Part shown: positions 45,661 through 55,446 of the stretch, piece after piece
How positions within the stretch are numbered: the stretch's first letter is position 1
How the letters are laid out: each line of letters opens with the position of its first letter
Assembly: GCA_024226315.1 (NCBI GenBank)
Contig: JAAELT010000305.1
Coordinates: forward strand, 18,304 to 82,303
Length of the DNA stretch: 64,000 nt
DNA from: a bacterium
Lineage (GTDB): Bacteria; Acidobacteriota; Thermoanaerobaculia; Multivoradales; J023
Direction of reading: 5' to 3'
Notes under the pieces: model-generated
What the model was told of the DNA's origin: nothing
The model's input: only the letters and a program-made list of their open reading frames with translations
Databases searched by the model: none
Made by a program: the position numbers and the translations under genes

Positions 45661-48573
45661 TCATCGTTCGGGCAGCGCGGGACAGTCCTCTCTAAAGAAG
45701 TTCCGGCATCGTTCGTCAGATAGCCTGTGCTGGCCGACTTTCCTCCTCGCGATGGCAAGCAACTCTTCCCAGTGGCCGTCCAGGTCGGCATGGCTTTCCA
45801 GGAGGTAGATTCGAATCTTGCTGTCGGTGCCGCCGGAGAACAGGAACTGCCTGCCGGTCTCGCCCGGTCGAAAAGCTACCGTGTGGACGGTCCCGTCGTG
45901 AGCCTGAAAGGCATGGAGCTCAACGAGCGGCTCTGGTTGAATCCCAGCCTGGAAGGCCCAGACCTTTACGGACTGTCCGCCCGACGCCGCGAGAAGTGCT
46001 CCGTCTTGGCTGAAAGCGACGTCCGTAACCGGCTCGGAGCTGCCGTCCAGAGGCTGGTGCCCGATGCTCTTGTGAGTCGTAAGGTCCCAAACCTCGATCC
46101 GATCGGATGATCCAGTGGCTAGATAACGGCCGGTGTGGTCCAGATCCACTGCCTCGACGGGTGACTCGTGTCGAAGTGTCGTTCTCTCTCTCTCTTCGAG
46201 ATACCAGACAACTGCTCGGTCGTTGTGGTTCCCGGTGGCAATGAGATTGCCCGAGTCCGAGAAGTCAACTGCCAGGATCTTGTTGGAGAACTTGAAGGCG
46301 GAGTTGATGTTCATCCGGTCGAAGGTTCTGTCGTGTACATTCCAGAGGGTCAGAAGCTTGCTGCCTGTCGCCAATTGGCTGCCGTCGGGGTTTAGGGCAA
46401 TGCTGTTGATTGGAAAGAGGTTCGTGTCGAATCGTGCGATTTCGCTCCAGGTCTCGACATCCCAGATGATCGCGGACTGGCCCTCTGAACTAGCTACTAG
46501 GCGATTTCCCGTGTCCCCGTTGAAAGCGACACTCGAGAATGCCTCTCCTTGGCGAAGCGGTTCCTTGGCCCGGCCTTGAAAATCCCAAAGGAAGACTCCG
46601 CTAGCGGTGGCCGCCGCCAATAGTCTTTTCTTGCTAGTGATAGACAGATCTCGAACCTCGCTGGGTGCCTGAAGCGTGAAGGCGTCTTCGAGCGTTTTTC
46701 GCACAGCGCGTTTCGCATCGATCGGGGTCGCCTCATCTGCACCAGACGTGATGCTTGCCGTGTGAAGAGCCAGTAGCAGCCGGTCGAGACGGTTGTAGTC
46801 GCCGAGCTGGTCAGTGCGCCAGAGAAGACGCCTTGCCGCCTCTTCGGATCGCCGCCGCCGCTCTTTCCTTCTCTCATGTCTGGAAAGTTCGCGCCTGAGT
46901 TCTTCGACCGAATCCGAAAGCCTCTTCTTTTTCTCCTCGAGTGCCTTCTGCTCCTCTGCTTGCTCCCGCTTCTTCTTAGCGCGTGTGAGTTCCGTCACGC
47001 TCTCATCGATCCCTTGGAAGATCTTTTGGAAGAGGATATCCCGACCCTGACGCTCCTTTTCCAGGGTCGCGATCTGACTGTTCAAGTCATCTTCGGTCTC
47101 CTGGAAGATCTGGTGGTTGCTTCTAGCTTCTAGCTTGTGTTGCTCTGCGCTTTCGGCATGCTTACGAATCAAGCTCTCGAGTTCCTGGGTCTTGTCCCTG
47201 GTCTTGAAGAAGAAAGCCACGAAACTGAGTGTCGCGAGCAACAAGACCACGGGATAACCGAGAAACCTTCGCAGCCTCTTGGCGCGCCTTTTTGCCCGCT
47301 TGATCTGTGCGACTTTTTCTTCGATGGGTTTTGCCACCTCGAGCCGGTACGCCTCCCTGCTTTCCCGGTCTCGAACCTCCTGCTCGATCGAAGGAATCAG
47401 ATACTCAGTGGTCAGCTCGTAGTAGGAGGTCCCGCGTTGAGCGGTCAGGCTCACTAGCTTCTTCGTTTTCAAGTACCTCAGAATCGGATCTACTTTCTTA
47501 GGATCGGCGCCTTCAGCAGAAGTGATCAGTTCAAGCAGCTTGCCTTCACTGACCACGTCTCGGGTGCTCTGGTCCGTGATGAGCTGGCCCAGCGTGGCGA
47601 TCGTGAGCGTTCTCCGTTTCCCAGGTCGGATGTCGAGCTCGTCCTCCAAAAGCGTCTGGAGGATGCCTCGAACTCTATCTAGCTCTTTGTACTCGTCGAT
47701 GCCGATCTCGACTCGATCAGCCGCGAACCTATTCCACAGTCGATTACAAACGATCTGAAGCTTTGTCGGGTGGATAGAACCTTCGAGACGATGCTCTTTC
47801 AAGTCGCTCAGGATCTCCTGCGCGAGCTCGGGCTTGATCCGGGACACGTATGAGTGGCCGGGCTTGAAAGGATCGAGGATGGCCTTCCTGGCGTCTTCGC
47901 GGCTTAGATGACCCAGCCGTAATCGGTAGTCGAAGATCCGGGCGTAGTTTTTTGTTAGAAGTTCGAGCCTTCCGAGGAAATCTTCGCGGATCGCGATGAG
48001 GATCTTGATATGGAAGTCGTCGCTGTTGGCGACTTTGAAGAACATTTCGAGAAACTCACGACGCAGTATTTGCTGTTCTTCGGATTCACGATCGAACAGC
48101 GTAAAGAGTTCCTCGAATTGATCGAATATCAGAACGCAAGGAGATGGAGAGTCTCTCAAGGAGAGAATCTCTCGAAAGTGCTCCAAGGAGATGGCAATCC
48201 TGCTACCCTGACTCTGGGTTTTCGTATCAAAAATGGACGGGGTGAACCCGGGCCCGGGCTCCTCGCCCGTGTCGATTCTCTCCACGAGGATCGGCTCGTC
48301 GCGGATCGGCCGAAGGAGCAGACGTTCAACGCCGTAAGACTCTTTTCTCAAAGCCGGTACCAGGCCGGCGTTGATCAACGAAGATTTTCCCGAGCCGGAA
48401 TGGCCGAAGAGCACGACAAGAGGCGAAACTAGAACTTTTGCAAAGAGGTTCTCTGCGATCTTGTCGCGGCCAAGGAACACGTGCCGATCCGAGTAGCGAA
48501 AGGCATGGAGGCCTCGGTACGGACTCTGCGGCCGATCGGTGTTCTTTCGCTCTGCCGCTTCTTTGCCGCTCAT
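45661..48573 (-). CDS. STAND NTPase (nSTAND1-like) with TM helix, coiled coil and C-terminal WD40 propeller
   Basis: SPYRGLHAF...FLGRD, Walker A GHSGSGKSS, Walker B LIFDQFEELF, IAIREDFL; TM FLGYPVVLLLATLSFVAFFF; WD repeats. ATGA overlap with the SIR2 gene. Confidence 0.88.
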   Translation of the reverse strand: MSGKEAAERKNTDRPQSPYRGLHAFRYSDRHVFLGRDKIAENLFAKVLVSPLVVLFGHSGSGKSSLINAGLVPALRKESYGVERLLLRPIRDEPILVERIDTGEEPGPGFTPSIFDTKTQSQGSRIAISLEHFREILSLRDSPSPCVLIFDQFEELFTLFDRESEEQQILRREFLEMFFKVANSDDFHIKILIAIREDFLGRLELLTKNYARIFDYRLRLGHLSREDARKAILDPFKPGHSYVSRIKPELAQEILSDLKEHRLEGSIHPTKLQIVCNRLWNRFAADRVEIGIDEYKELDRVRGILQTLLEDELDIRPGKRRTLTIATLGQLITDQSTRDVVSEGKLLELITSAEGADPKKVDPILRYLKTKKLVSLTAQRGTSYYELTTEYLIPSIEQEVRDRESREAYRLEVAKPIEEKVAQIKRAKRRAKRLRRFLGYPVVLLLATLSFVAFFFKTRDKTQELESLIRKHAESAEQHKLEARSNHQIFQETEDDLNSQIATLEKERQGRDILFQKIFQGIDESVTELTRAKKKREQAEEQKALEEKKKRLSDSVEELRRELSRHERRKERRRRSEEAARRLLWRTDQLGDYNRLDRLLLALHTASITSGADEATPIDAKRAVRKTLEDAFTLQAPSEVRDLSITSKKRLLAAATASGVFLWDFQGRAKEPLRQGEAFSSVAFNGDTGNRLVASSEGQSAIIWDVETWSEIARFDTNLFPINSIALNPDGSQLATGSKLLTLWNVHDRTFDRMNINSAFKFSNKILAVDFSDSGNLIATGNHNDRAVVWYLEERERTTLRHESPVEAVDLDHTGRYLATGSSDRIEVWDLTTHKSIGHQPLDGSSEPVTDVAFSQDGALLAASGGQSVKVWAFQAGIQPEPLVELHAFQAHDGTVHTVAFRPGETGRQFLFSGGTDSKIRIYLLESHADLDGHWEELLAIARRKVGQHRLSDERCRNFFREDCPALPER

Positions 48574-49448
48574 CGGGTGCAAGCCTCGTAAAGTGCCGGC
48601 ACGAAGTCCCAGAGATTCTGCCTTAAGAAGCTCACCATTCTCTTGGGGTCATGCTCCAGGATGGTGACAATCAAATTGTCTGGGGATGGATCCACGGAAA
48701 AAGAAACGGGAAACTGAGAGGATTTGAGGTTCCAGCGCAACGAGTTGAAGAGCAAGCGGAGGTTGTAGTCCTTGAGGCTGTAACCGATGAACAGGACGGG
48801 CCACGTGTTCAATCGGGCGCGAATATTCAACGGTATCGGGTGCCTGTCCGGTAAGCTCATTCTCTCGATGAATTTGAAGTAGTCGACCTCGGTGACCACC
48901 AGGGATTTCGGCTTGGCAAGCTCGCCGTGCAGTTTGAAGAGGATTGGCTTCTCCTCTTCGGGGTCGAGAGGTACGTCCTCCGGTTCGTTGTCCGGATCGT
49001 AGACGACGGGAAGGGGTCGCTTGGGGCGCTCTTTCGTTGTGTTTGCCCGGCCGAGAGCCAGGTCGAAAAGATTGTCGTAGTTGGTGGTGATAATCACCGG
49101 GAAGGGAAGCGCGGCGAGCATCTCCAGTGCGGGCGAAGGCAGGTATCCGTTGTCGAGCTCGGCTCGAAGTGCGTCCACGAGCTCCTTGCGAGAGCCTCCC
49201 TTGCGGCGTTCCATGTACAGCGAGACTCTCTGAAGGTTTGAGGAGTCTTTGTAAGGGTACTGGCAGGCTTTCGCGAGGCGTTTCGATAGCGCCGCACCGC
49301 TCGGCGGTCCGTTTTTATACTCGTATCGAGAGCGCTCAGGGGACGGGGCGTGGGCCATCGAGCCGAGGAACAGGATGCACTTTCCGTCTTTGACCTTGCT
49401 GATCACAGATTTAGGGATCGAGTCGACTTCTTTGGTTTTGGCAGTCAT
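48570..49448 (-). CDS. SIR2-like (SIR2_2) domain protein
   Basis: ILFLGS, IITTNYDNL, LFKLHG, VLFIGYSLKDYN. Confidence 0.88.
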   Translation of the reverse strand: MTAKTKEVDSIPKSVISKVKDGKCILFLGSMAHAPSPERSRYEYKNGPPSGAALSKRLAKACQYPYKDSSNLQRVSLYMERRKGGSRKELVDALRAELDNGYLPSPALEMLAALPFPVIITTNYDNLFDLALGRANTTKERPKRPLPVVYDPDNEPEDVPLDPEEEKPILFKLHGELAKPKSLVVTEVDYFKFIERMSLPDRHPIPLNIRARLNTWPVLFIGYSLKDYNLRLLFNSLRWNLKSSQFPVSFSVDPSPDNLIVTILEHDPKRMVSFLRQNLWDFVPALYEACTR

Positions 49449-49753
49449 TCGAATGGGCAAGCGCGGCGATCGGGTTTGTTCTTCGCCACCGCAGAGCAGG
49501 CCTCCGACGGAGATTTCCCGTCAGCCGAGTCTGCCGGCATCAGGGTGAGGTACGTGTCGAAACTGCCGATAGTCTACCGCCAATCCCGTGTTTGCTGTCA
49601 ACAGCGTAAGGAAAGCGAGGAATCCCCCACCGAGGCACCTGCGAGTGCAGCTGCTATGCTCTGTCCGACGCGGATTGGCGAGTCGAAGACTATGCCCGAG
49701 CATACCAGCGGCCAGGCTACCCGATGGCAGCTGACCTCAGCGTCGCGCCGACC

Positions 49754-51736
49754 TCAGCGTCGCGCCGATGTCACCAACCGGAAACCCACCTGGCTGCTGC
49801 GCTTGGCGGGGGGCAGCTCAAGGCTGCCGGACGCCTGGCACATCTCTGGAGAGGACCTCCAGCTGCCACCGGCGACCGACTCCTGCTTCCTGGGCTCCCA
49901 GCTGATCGAGCGATCCTGGAAGAAAGACTCCGGCGCAGAGGGGCGCTGATCGCCGTCGGGGCCTTCCAGCAGGTACATGGCCGGCGGGGTGGAGCGCGTC
50001 CATTCCGCGACGTTGCCGTGTACCTCGTGGAGGCCGTAGGCGTTGGCCGGCATGCCGCGCGCCTCCTCGGTGCCGATCTCGCGGTCCCTGGAGTTGCCGG
50101 CGCATCGCGCGTCCTCCGGCGTCAGCTCGTCGCCCCACCAGAAAGCGGTTTCCCGATCGCCCTGCGCGGCATAGCGCCACTCCGACTCCGTCGGCAACCG
50201 GTAGCCGTCGCACCCGTCCACCGGCGCGACGAAGCCGCAGAAGAAGCCGCCGTCGCAGGACGGAGCGTCCTCGGGGCAGCCGACGCCAGGTGTTCCCTGG
50301 CAGCCAGCCAGGCGATAGCAGGCCCGGCGCTCCTGGTGCTTCGAGAGCTCGTTGGCAAAGAGCATGGCGTCGAACATGTTGACCCGCTCCACCGGGCACT
50401 CCTCGCCGCAAGAGCGGAAGTACGACGGATTGGCGCCCATGAGCAACTGCCAGTCGCCCTGGGTGATCTCGGTGTCGGTGATCCAGAAGTCGTCCCTCAC
50501 CCGCAGCATCTGCCGGGACTTGCCGCGCTGCCGATCCTTCGGCGACCGCGACGCCCCGATCTCCCCCGCCGCGACGTACTCCAGCCGGAGATCCAGCTCG
50601 CGCTCGTCCTCGTCCTCGGTGGCTAACTGAGTCACTTCCTCGACCATCTCGAGGCCGGCGGCCCGGGCGAGAGCGATCTTGAGCGCCTTGCGCAAACTCT
50701 TCGCGTCCCAGGCGAGCTGAAAGGTGCCACCGCTCTTCTGCGCCAGGCAGCGCAGCTGCGACTGGGCCTTGGCGTTGCGCAGGATGTCGAAGCCGACGAC
50801 GTAGGTGGTAAAACCCACTCCTCTGCTCTCCATCGCCTCGTGGATCTCGCACGGATTCCGGCCGCAGGACTCCTCGCCGTCGCTGACCAGTACCACCCGC
50901 GCGGTTTCGCCCTCGCTGGCGACGTCTTCGGCAGCCTGGATCACGGCCTGGGTCAGAGGCGTCGCGCCCTTCGCCTGGATCTGTTCGACGGCGGCGATCA
51001 CGGGCGACGCTCCACCGCGGTCCGTCGGCACCAGGGTCTCGATGTCCTGGCAGGTGCCGTCGCGATGGCCGAAGGCCACCATGCCCAGCGAGATCTTCGG
51101 ATCCCAGTCGGCCAGGACCTCGCGCAGCACGTCGCGCGCGATCTCCAGCTTGGGCCGGCCGTTGATCCGCGCCTTCATGCTGCCCGAGGCGTCGAGAACC
51201 AGGCTGATCCGGTCCGGCTTGTCGTCCTCGTCGTCTTCGTCCTCGTCGGTGATCTTCACTACCTTGACGCCGTCGGCCGGAACGGCGCCCGGCGAGACGT
51301 AGCCGATGGCCGCGGTGTGGAAGCGAACCCACTGGATGACCGCCTCGTCGCCCTCTCGTACCAGCAGCCCGTCACGGCGGGCCGCGACCGCTTTCTCCTG
51401 CCAGCCGTGCACCGAAGAAGCGGACTCGGCGTGCACGAATCTGCTGAATGCGGCGTGGATCTCCGTCTCCGGAGCCTGTTCCACGGGCTCCACCGGCTTC
51501 TCGTCGGCCCAGGTCTGACCGGCCAGCAGAAAGAGCTCCGCCACCTGCTCGCGGGTCAGCGACTCGGTCGGGTTGCGATGGTGGACGATCAGGCGGAAGC
51601 CCGGGTCTCTCGTGGCGGCAACGACGACCGCGGCCTCCGCGACGGGATCGGGCGTAACGGGAATGGGCACGGCGCCCGATCGACCAACGGCAAAAGCCAG
51701 CGCGACCAGGACCAAAACGAGCGAGCGCTTGAGCAT
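49754..51736 (-). CDS. Secreted protein: PBP-like domain + vWA domain + FGE-sulfatase (SUMF1-like) domain
   Basis: Signal peptide; IVH..NP...LT.EQV..LF...AIGYV; MIDAS DASGS, VSDGEE; TEITQ, YRLPTESEW, NAYGLHEVHGNVAEW, VGFRLV. Confidence 0.85.
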   Translation of the reverse strand: MLKRSLVLVLVALAFAVGRSGAVPIPVTPDPVAEAAVVVAATRDPGFRLIVHHRNPTESLTREQVAELFLLAGQTWADEKPVEPVEQAPETEIHAAFSRFVHAESASSVHGWQEKAVAARRDGLLVREGDEAVIQWVRFHTAAIGYVSPGAVPADGVKVVKITDEDEDDEDDKPDRISLVLDASGSMKARINGRPKLEIARDVLREVLADWDPKISLGMVAFGHRDGTCQDIETLVPTDRGGASPVIAAVEQIQAKGATPLTQAVIQAAEDVASEGETARVVLVSDGEESCGRNPCEIHEAMESRGVGFTTYVVGFDILRNAKAQSQLRCLAQKSGGTFQLAWDAKSLRKALKIALARAAGLEMVEEVTQLATEDEDERELDLRLEYVAAGEIGASRSPKDRQRGKSRQMLRVRDDFWITDTEITQGDWQLLMGANPSYFRSCGEECPVERVNMFDAMLFANELSKHQERRACYRLAGCQGTPGVGCPEDAPSCDGGFFCGFVAPVDGCDGYRLPTESEWRYAAQGDRETAFWWGDELTPEDARCAGNSRDREIGTEEARGMPANAYGLHEVHGNVAEWTRSTPPAMYLLEGPDGDQRPSAPESFFQDRSISWEPRKQESVAGGSWRSSPEMCQASGSLELPPAKRSSQVGFRLVTSARR

Positions 51737-51802
51737 GGGTTGGATCTCCTCCCTTCACCTATTCAACGGATCAGACCCTCCGAACGTCACAGTCGTCTCC
51801 GC

Positions 51803-52429
51803 TCACCGCGCTGTCTTCGCGGCCTTCTTGGCGGCGCGGATCGCGCGCCCTACTTCCGCGTCCAGCTGGCGCTCGACCTCGCTGCCCCAGCCCGACTGCT
51901 GGTACCGGACCTTGCCGTCGTGGCCGACCACGACAAACGTCGGATAGCGGGAGATCCGGAAGATCCGGCGGGTCAGCTCGCGGTCCTCGTCCCACACCTG
52001 GGGCCAGTTCATGTCGTGCTTGGCGACGAAGCTCCTCAAGGCGTCGCCGTCGTGGTCGTTGCTGATGCTCAGCAACACGAAGGGGTCCTTTTCGCTGCGC
52101 TCGTGGAGCGTCTGCAAGTGCGGAATCGACGCCACGCAGGGAGGACACCAGGTGCCCCAGAAATCGATCAGGAGCACCGTGCCCGCGAAGCTCCCTTGGC
52201 TGAGCCGCTCGCCTTCGAGAGTCACGGCTTCGAAGGCCGGCAGGGCGTCCTTGGCGCGACGCGCGGCGCTGTCGCCTTCCTGGAGCACTTTCGCGAAAGC
52301 CTCCCCGTACGGATCCTCCTGGGCGAGGGCCGGTATCGCGGCCCACAGCAGAACCGCCGACGTCAGAATCCACGTCGGTTTCGAGAACCACCGTGTCTTC
52401 GAGAAAAACAGTGTCGCTATCCGCATCAT
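51803..52429 (-). CDS. TlpA-type thioredoxin-like disulfide reductase
   Basis: IDFWGTWCPPC, YPTF; signal peptide. Confidence 0.9.
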   Translation of the reverse strand: MMRIATLFFSKTRWFSKPTWILTSAVLLWAAIPALAQEDPYGEAFAKVLQEGDSAARRAKDALPAFEAVTLEGERLSQGSFAGTVLLIDFWGTWCPPCVASIPHLQTLHERSEKDPFVLLSISNDHDGDALRSFVAKHDMNWPQVWDEDRELTRRIFRISRYPTFVVVGHDGKVRYQQSGWGSEVERQLDAEVGRAIRAAKKAAKTAR

Positions 52430-52500
52430 CGAGACCTCCCTCGGGGGAAACCTCGAGATTGTAGCGCGAGGCCTGTCTGTCCGAATACTCGGACAGACTC

Positions 52501-52878
52501 CTACCTGTTCATTTCGGTTCCCCGAGCTTCCGCCTCCAGCCGGCCTGTCAGCCAGTCCCGGAACAGCGGCAGCTCACGCTGCAGGGCCGACAGGTAGGGG
52601 CGGCAAGCCTCCTGATCGCCGGCGCGCGCTTCGCGCTCCAGCTGCTCGCACAGGATCATCACTCGCCGACCTCCGAGCCAGCCGGCCAGGCTCTTGAGGG
52701 AGTGGGCTCCCCGGACCACCGACGACAGACCGCCGGCTTCGAGCGCCCTCTCGATCGTGGCGAGCTTGAGGGGCGCGTCGATCAGAAATCGCCGCACCCA
52801 TTTGCGGAACAGCGCTCCGTCCGGATCGAGTCTTCTGAGTCTCTGAAGAGCCTCGCGGTCGTGGGATTCTCCGGTCAT
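52501..52878 (-). CDS. Hpt (histidine phosphotransfer) domain protein
   Basis: AHSLKS..GWLG....LCEQLE. Confidence 0.85.
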   Translation of the reverse strand: MTGESHDREALQRLRRLDPDGALFRKWVRRFLIDAPLKLATIERALEAGGLSSVVRGAHSLKSLAGWLGGRRVMILCEQLEREARAGDQEACRPYLSALQRELPLFRDWLTGRLEAEARGTEMNR

Positions 52879-53047
52879 CCTGAAGCTCCCCGGAATCGGC
52901 TCTCTCGAATACGCGTTGTGTAGCATTCCCAACCTCCAGACATCGACCGTGGACCGGGTCGAACCGGCTGAGGCCACAGACTCGCCCCGGCGTGTTAAGC
53001 CGTGGTGAGCGAAATGTTGCGATCTGTTAAGGCGTCTTCGAGAGGGC

Positions 53048-53929
53048 TCAAGGCGAGCAGTACCCTTCGATCGGCGTCACGCCGTGGAAGACCACGACGC
53101 TCCCCGCCGGGGCCACGTACTCGCTCAGACCCACGGGATCGCCGGGGTTGCCCCAGTCGTAGGTGTACCCGAGAGCGGTCCACGGGTAGTTGTCGAACAG
53201 CTCCTCGTGGCCGTAGCTGGACGCCCAGTTGTCGCACATCCAGCGCAGGTGCCCGGGGTGCACGGTGAGGTACCTGCCGGACACCTGGCGTTTGAGGCCG
53301 CAGTCCCAGGGGCGCCTGAGGTCGCGGTCGACCACCGGGATCTCGACCTGGCACTCGTGGTCGGAGATCTCCGGATCCGGGCACGGGCGGAAGAGGTCGG
53401 TCGGATCGACCCAGACCTCGAGGAAGGCGTCCTTGCCACGGCCGGGGGGCAGGCCGATCAGCTGCTCGAGCCGCAGAGTGAGCATTGGAACGTCCAGATC
53501 CAGCGCCTGACAGAAGTCCCGGGCGAGAGGGGTGGCGGTAAACCAGGTGTCGACCGGCAGCGGGTAGGTCTGCCCGGGCCGGAGCTCGGTGGGCTCGTAG
53601 TACTGCTTCTTGGTCCAGGTCGCCATCAAGATCTGGCCCTGGTCGTTCCAGATCAGCCCCTCGGTGGAGGGCAGGAGCGGCGTCAGATCGCGCGAGATCT
53701 CCGCCGGCGTCGGGACCCGGGCGTCCTCGATGGCGGCCTCGTAGGCGGCACGGATCTCGGGCGAGGCGGGATCGAGGCACAGCGGACAGCCGGGCGCCGG
53801 GGCCGCGGGCATGGCCGGCGGCGAAGGAGCAGGGGCCGAGGGAGCGGAAGACGGTCCCGAGCGGCCGGCGCAGCCGGCGAGCAGAGCCAGGGCGAGGATC
53901 GGGACGAGCAGGCGGGGGCGTCGGCGCAT
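53048..53929 (-). CDS. Hypothetical lipoprotein
   Basis: MRRRPRLL...LLAGC lipobox; conserved-looking LEQLIGLPP, LFRPCPDPEI, YPWTALGYTYDW. Confidence 0.8.
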   Translation of the reverse strand: MRRRPRLLVPILALALLAGCAGRSGPSSAPSAPAPSPPAMPAAPAPGCPLCLDPASPEIRAAYEAAIEDARVPTPAEISRDLTPLLPSTEGLIWNDQGQILMATWTKKQYYEPTELRPGQTYPLPVDTWFTATPLARDFCQALDLDVPMLTLRLEQLIGLPPGRGKDAFLEVWVDPTDLFRPCPDPEISDHECQVEIPVVDRDLRRPWDCGLKRQVSGRYLTVHPGHLRWMCDNWASSYGHEELFDNYPWTALGYTYDWGNPGDPVGLSEYVAPAGSVVVFHGVTPIEGYCSP

Positions 53930-53934
53930 CGGTG

Positions 53935-55320
53935 CTACCCCATCCCCTGCCGCAGCACTCGCACCTGGCGCTCGACCTCGACCCAGGCGGTGCCGCCCAA
54001 CGAGGTCCGGCGCTCGGCGGCGGCGCGAGGGTCGAGCCAGGGGCCGAGGTCGTCGGGAAACCGGGGGTGGAAGCGCTTGGCGGCCTCGGGCGTCAGCGCG
54101 CCCAGGTCGCTGCCCTGGTCCTCGCACCAGCGGACGATCCGCCCGACCACCTCGTGGGCCTCGCGGAACGCCACACCGCGCTCGACCAACAGGTCCGCCA
54201 GCTCGGTCGCCAGGCTGAAGTCGCCTTCGAGCGCCTTCTCGAAACGCTCCCGGCTCAACTCGAGGGTGCGCCACATGCCCGCCATGATGCCCACCGACGC
54301 GAGGGTCGTCTCCACCGCGTCGAACAGCGGCTCACGGTCTTCCTGAAGATCCCGGTTGTAGGCCAGGGGCAGAGCCTTGACCAGGTGCAGCAGGGCCATC
54401 AGGTCGCCGCACACCCGCGACGACTTGCCGCGCACCAGCTCGGCGGCGTCCGGGTTGCGCTTCTGGGGCATGATCGAGGAGCCGGTGGCGTAATCCTCGC
54501 CCAGGCGCACGAAGGCGAACTCCGAGGACGACCACAGCACCAGCTCCTCGGCCATCCGCGACAGGTGGGTCATGCAGATGGCGCAGGCCGCCGCCACCTC
54601 CTGCTCGTGGTCGCGCGCCGCCACCGCGTCCATGGCGTTGTCGGCGACGCCGGCGAAACCCATCGCCTCGGCCGTCGACGCGCGGTCGATCGGGTGCGGC
54701 GTGCCGGCCATCGCACAGGCGCCGAGCGGCGAACGGTCGAGGCGCCTCGTCGCGTCGACGAGGCGCTCGCGATCGCGCACCAGCGGCCAGGCGTGTGCCA
54801 GCAGGTGGTGGCCCAGCAGGATCGGCTGACCGCGCTGCAGGTGGGTGTAACCGGGCAGCAGCGTCTTGCCGTCACTCTCGACGCGGTCGAGCAAGGTGTT
54901 GACGAGCTCCGCGAGGGCGGCGTCGAGCTCGCCCAGCCGGCGCTTGAGCCAGAGGCGCACGTCGGTGGCCACCTGATCGTTGCGCGAGCGGGCCGTGTGC
55001 AGCTTCTTGCCGAGGTCGCCGAGCAGCTCGATCAAGCGCGCCTCGACCGCCATGTGCACGTCCTCGTGCTCGTCGCCGGGAACCCAGGCGCCGGAGGCCA
55101 GCTCGCCGCGAACCTCTTCCAGACCGGCGCACAGACGCTCGGCCTCGCCCGGATCGAGGATGCCCACCTCGCCGAGCATGGTGGCGTGGGCCACCGAGCC
55201 GTCGATGTCCTCGTCGAGCATACGCAGATCGATCGCCAGTGAGGTGGAGTAGCGCTGCATATCGCCGCTGGTCGGCTGATCGAAACGGCCGCGCAGCAGA
55301 TTGGGATCGGGCTCGCTCAT
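53935..55320 (-). CDS. argH: Argininosuccinate lyase
   Basis: LHTARSRNDQ, PGYTHLQ, GSSIMPQKRNPD, LPLAYNRDLQED. Confidence 0.97.
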   Translation of the reverse strand: MSEPDPNLLRGRFDQPTSGDMQRYSTSLAIDLRMLDEDIDGSVAHATMLGEVGILDPGEAERLCAGLEEVRGELASGAWVPGDEHEDVHMAVEARLIELLGDLGKKLHTARSRNDQVATDVRLWLKRRLGELDAALAELVNTLLDRVESDGKTLLPGYTHLQRGQPILLGHHLLAHAWPLVRDRERLVDATRRLDRSPLGACAMAGTPHPIDRASTAEAMGFAGVADNAMDAVAARDHEQEVAAACAICMTHLSRMAEELVLWSSSEFAFVRLGEDYATGSSIMPQKRNPDAAELVRGKSSRVCGDLMALLHLVKALPLAYNRDLQEDREPLFDAVETTLASVGIMAGMWRTLELSRERFEKALEGDFSLATELADLLVERGVAFREAHEVVGRIVRWCEDQGSDLGALTPEAAKRFHPRFPDDLGPWLDPRAAAERRTSLGGTAWVEVERQVRVLRQGMG

Positions 55321-55343
55321 GGTGCGCCGTACTATGCCACAGC

Positions 55344-55446
55344 GGCTGTTGTGGAACACAGTAGGCTGTTGTGGATCATCGTAGGCTGTTGTGGATCATC
55401 GTAGGCTGCTGTGAAATCATCGTAGACGGCCATGAAATCAGCGGTA
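55344..55446. repeat. 20-21-bp tandem repeat (GGCTGTTGTGGATCATCGTA) x4-5 in the divergent arg intergenic region
   Basis: Units at 55344, 55364, 55384, 55404 and a degenerate unit overlapping ATG 55432. Confidence 0.85.

Noticed and set aside
49754..50560. Diversity-generating retroelement target (FGE/CLec fold)
   Set aside because: No reverse transcriptase and no adenine-variant template repeat were seen in the window.
55344..55446. ArgR ARG boxes
   Set aside because: The repeats are direct and non-palindromic, and lack the TGAAT/ATTCA consensus.
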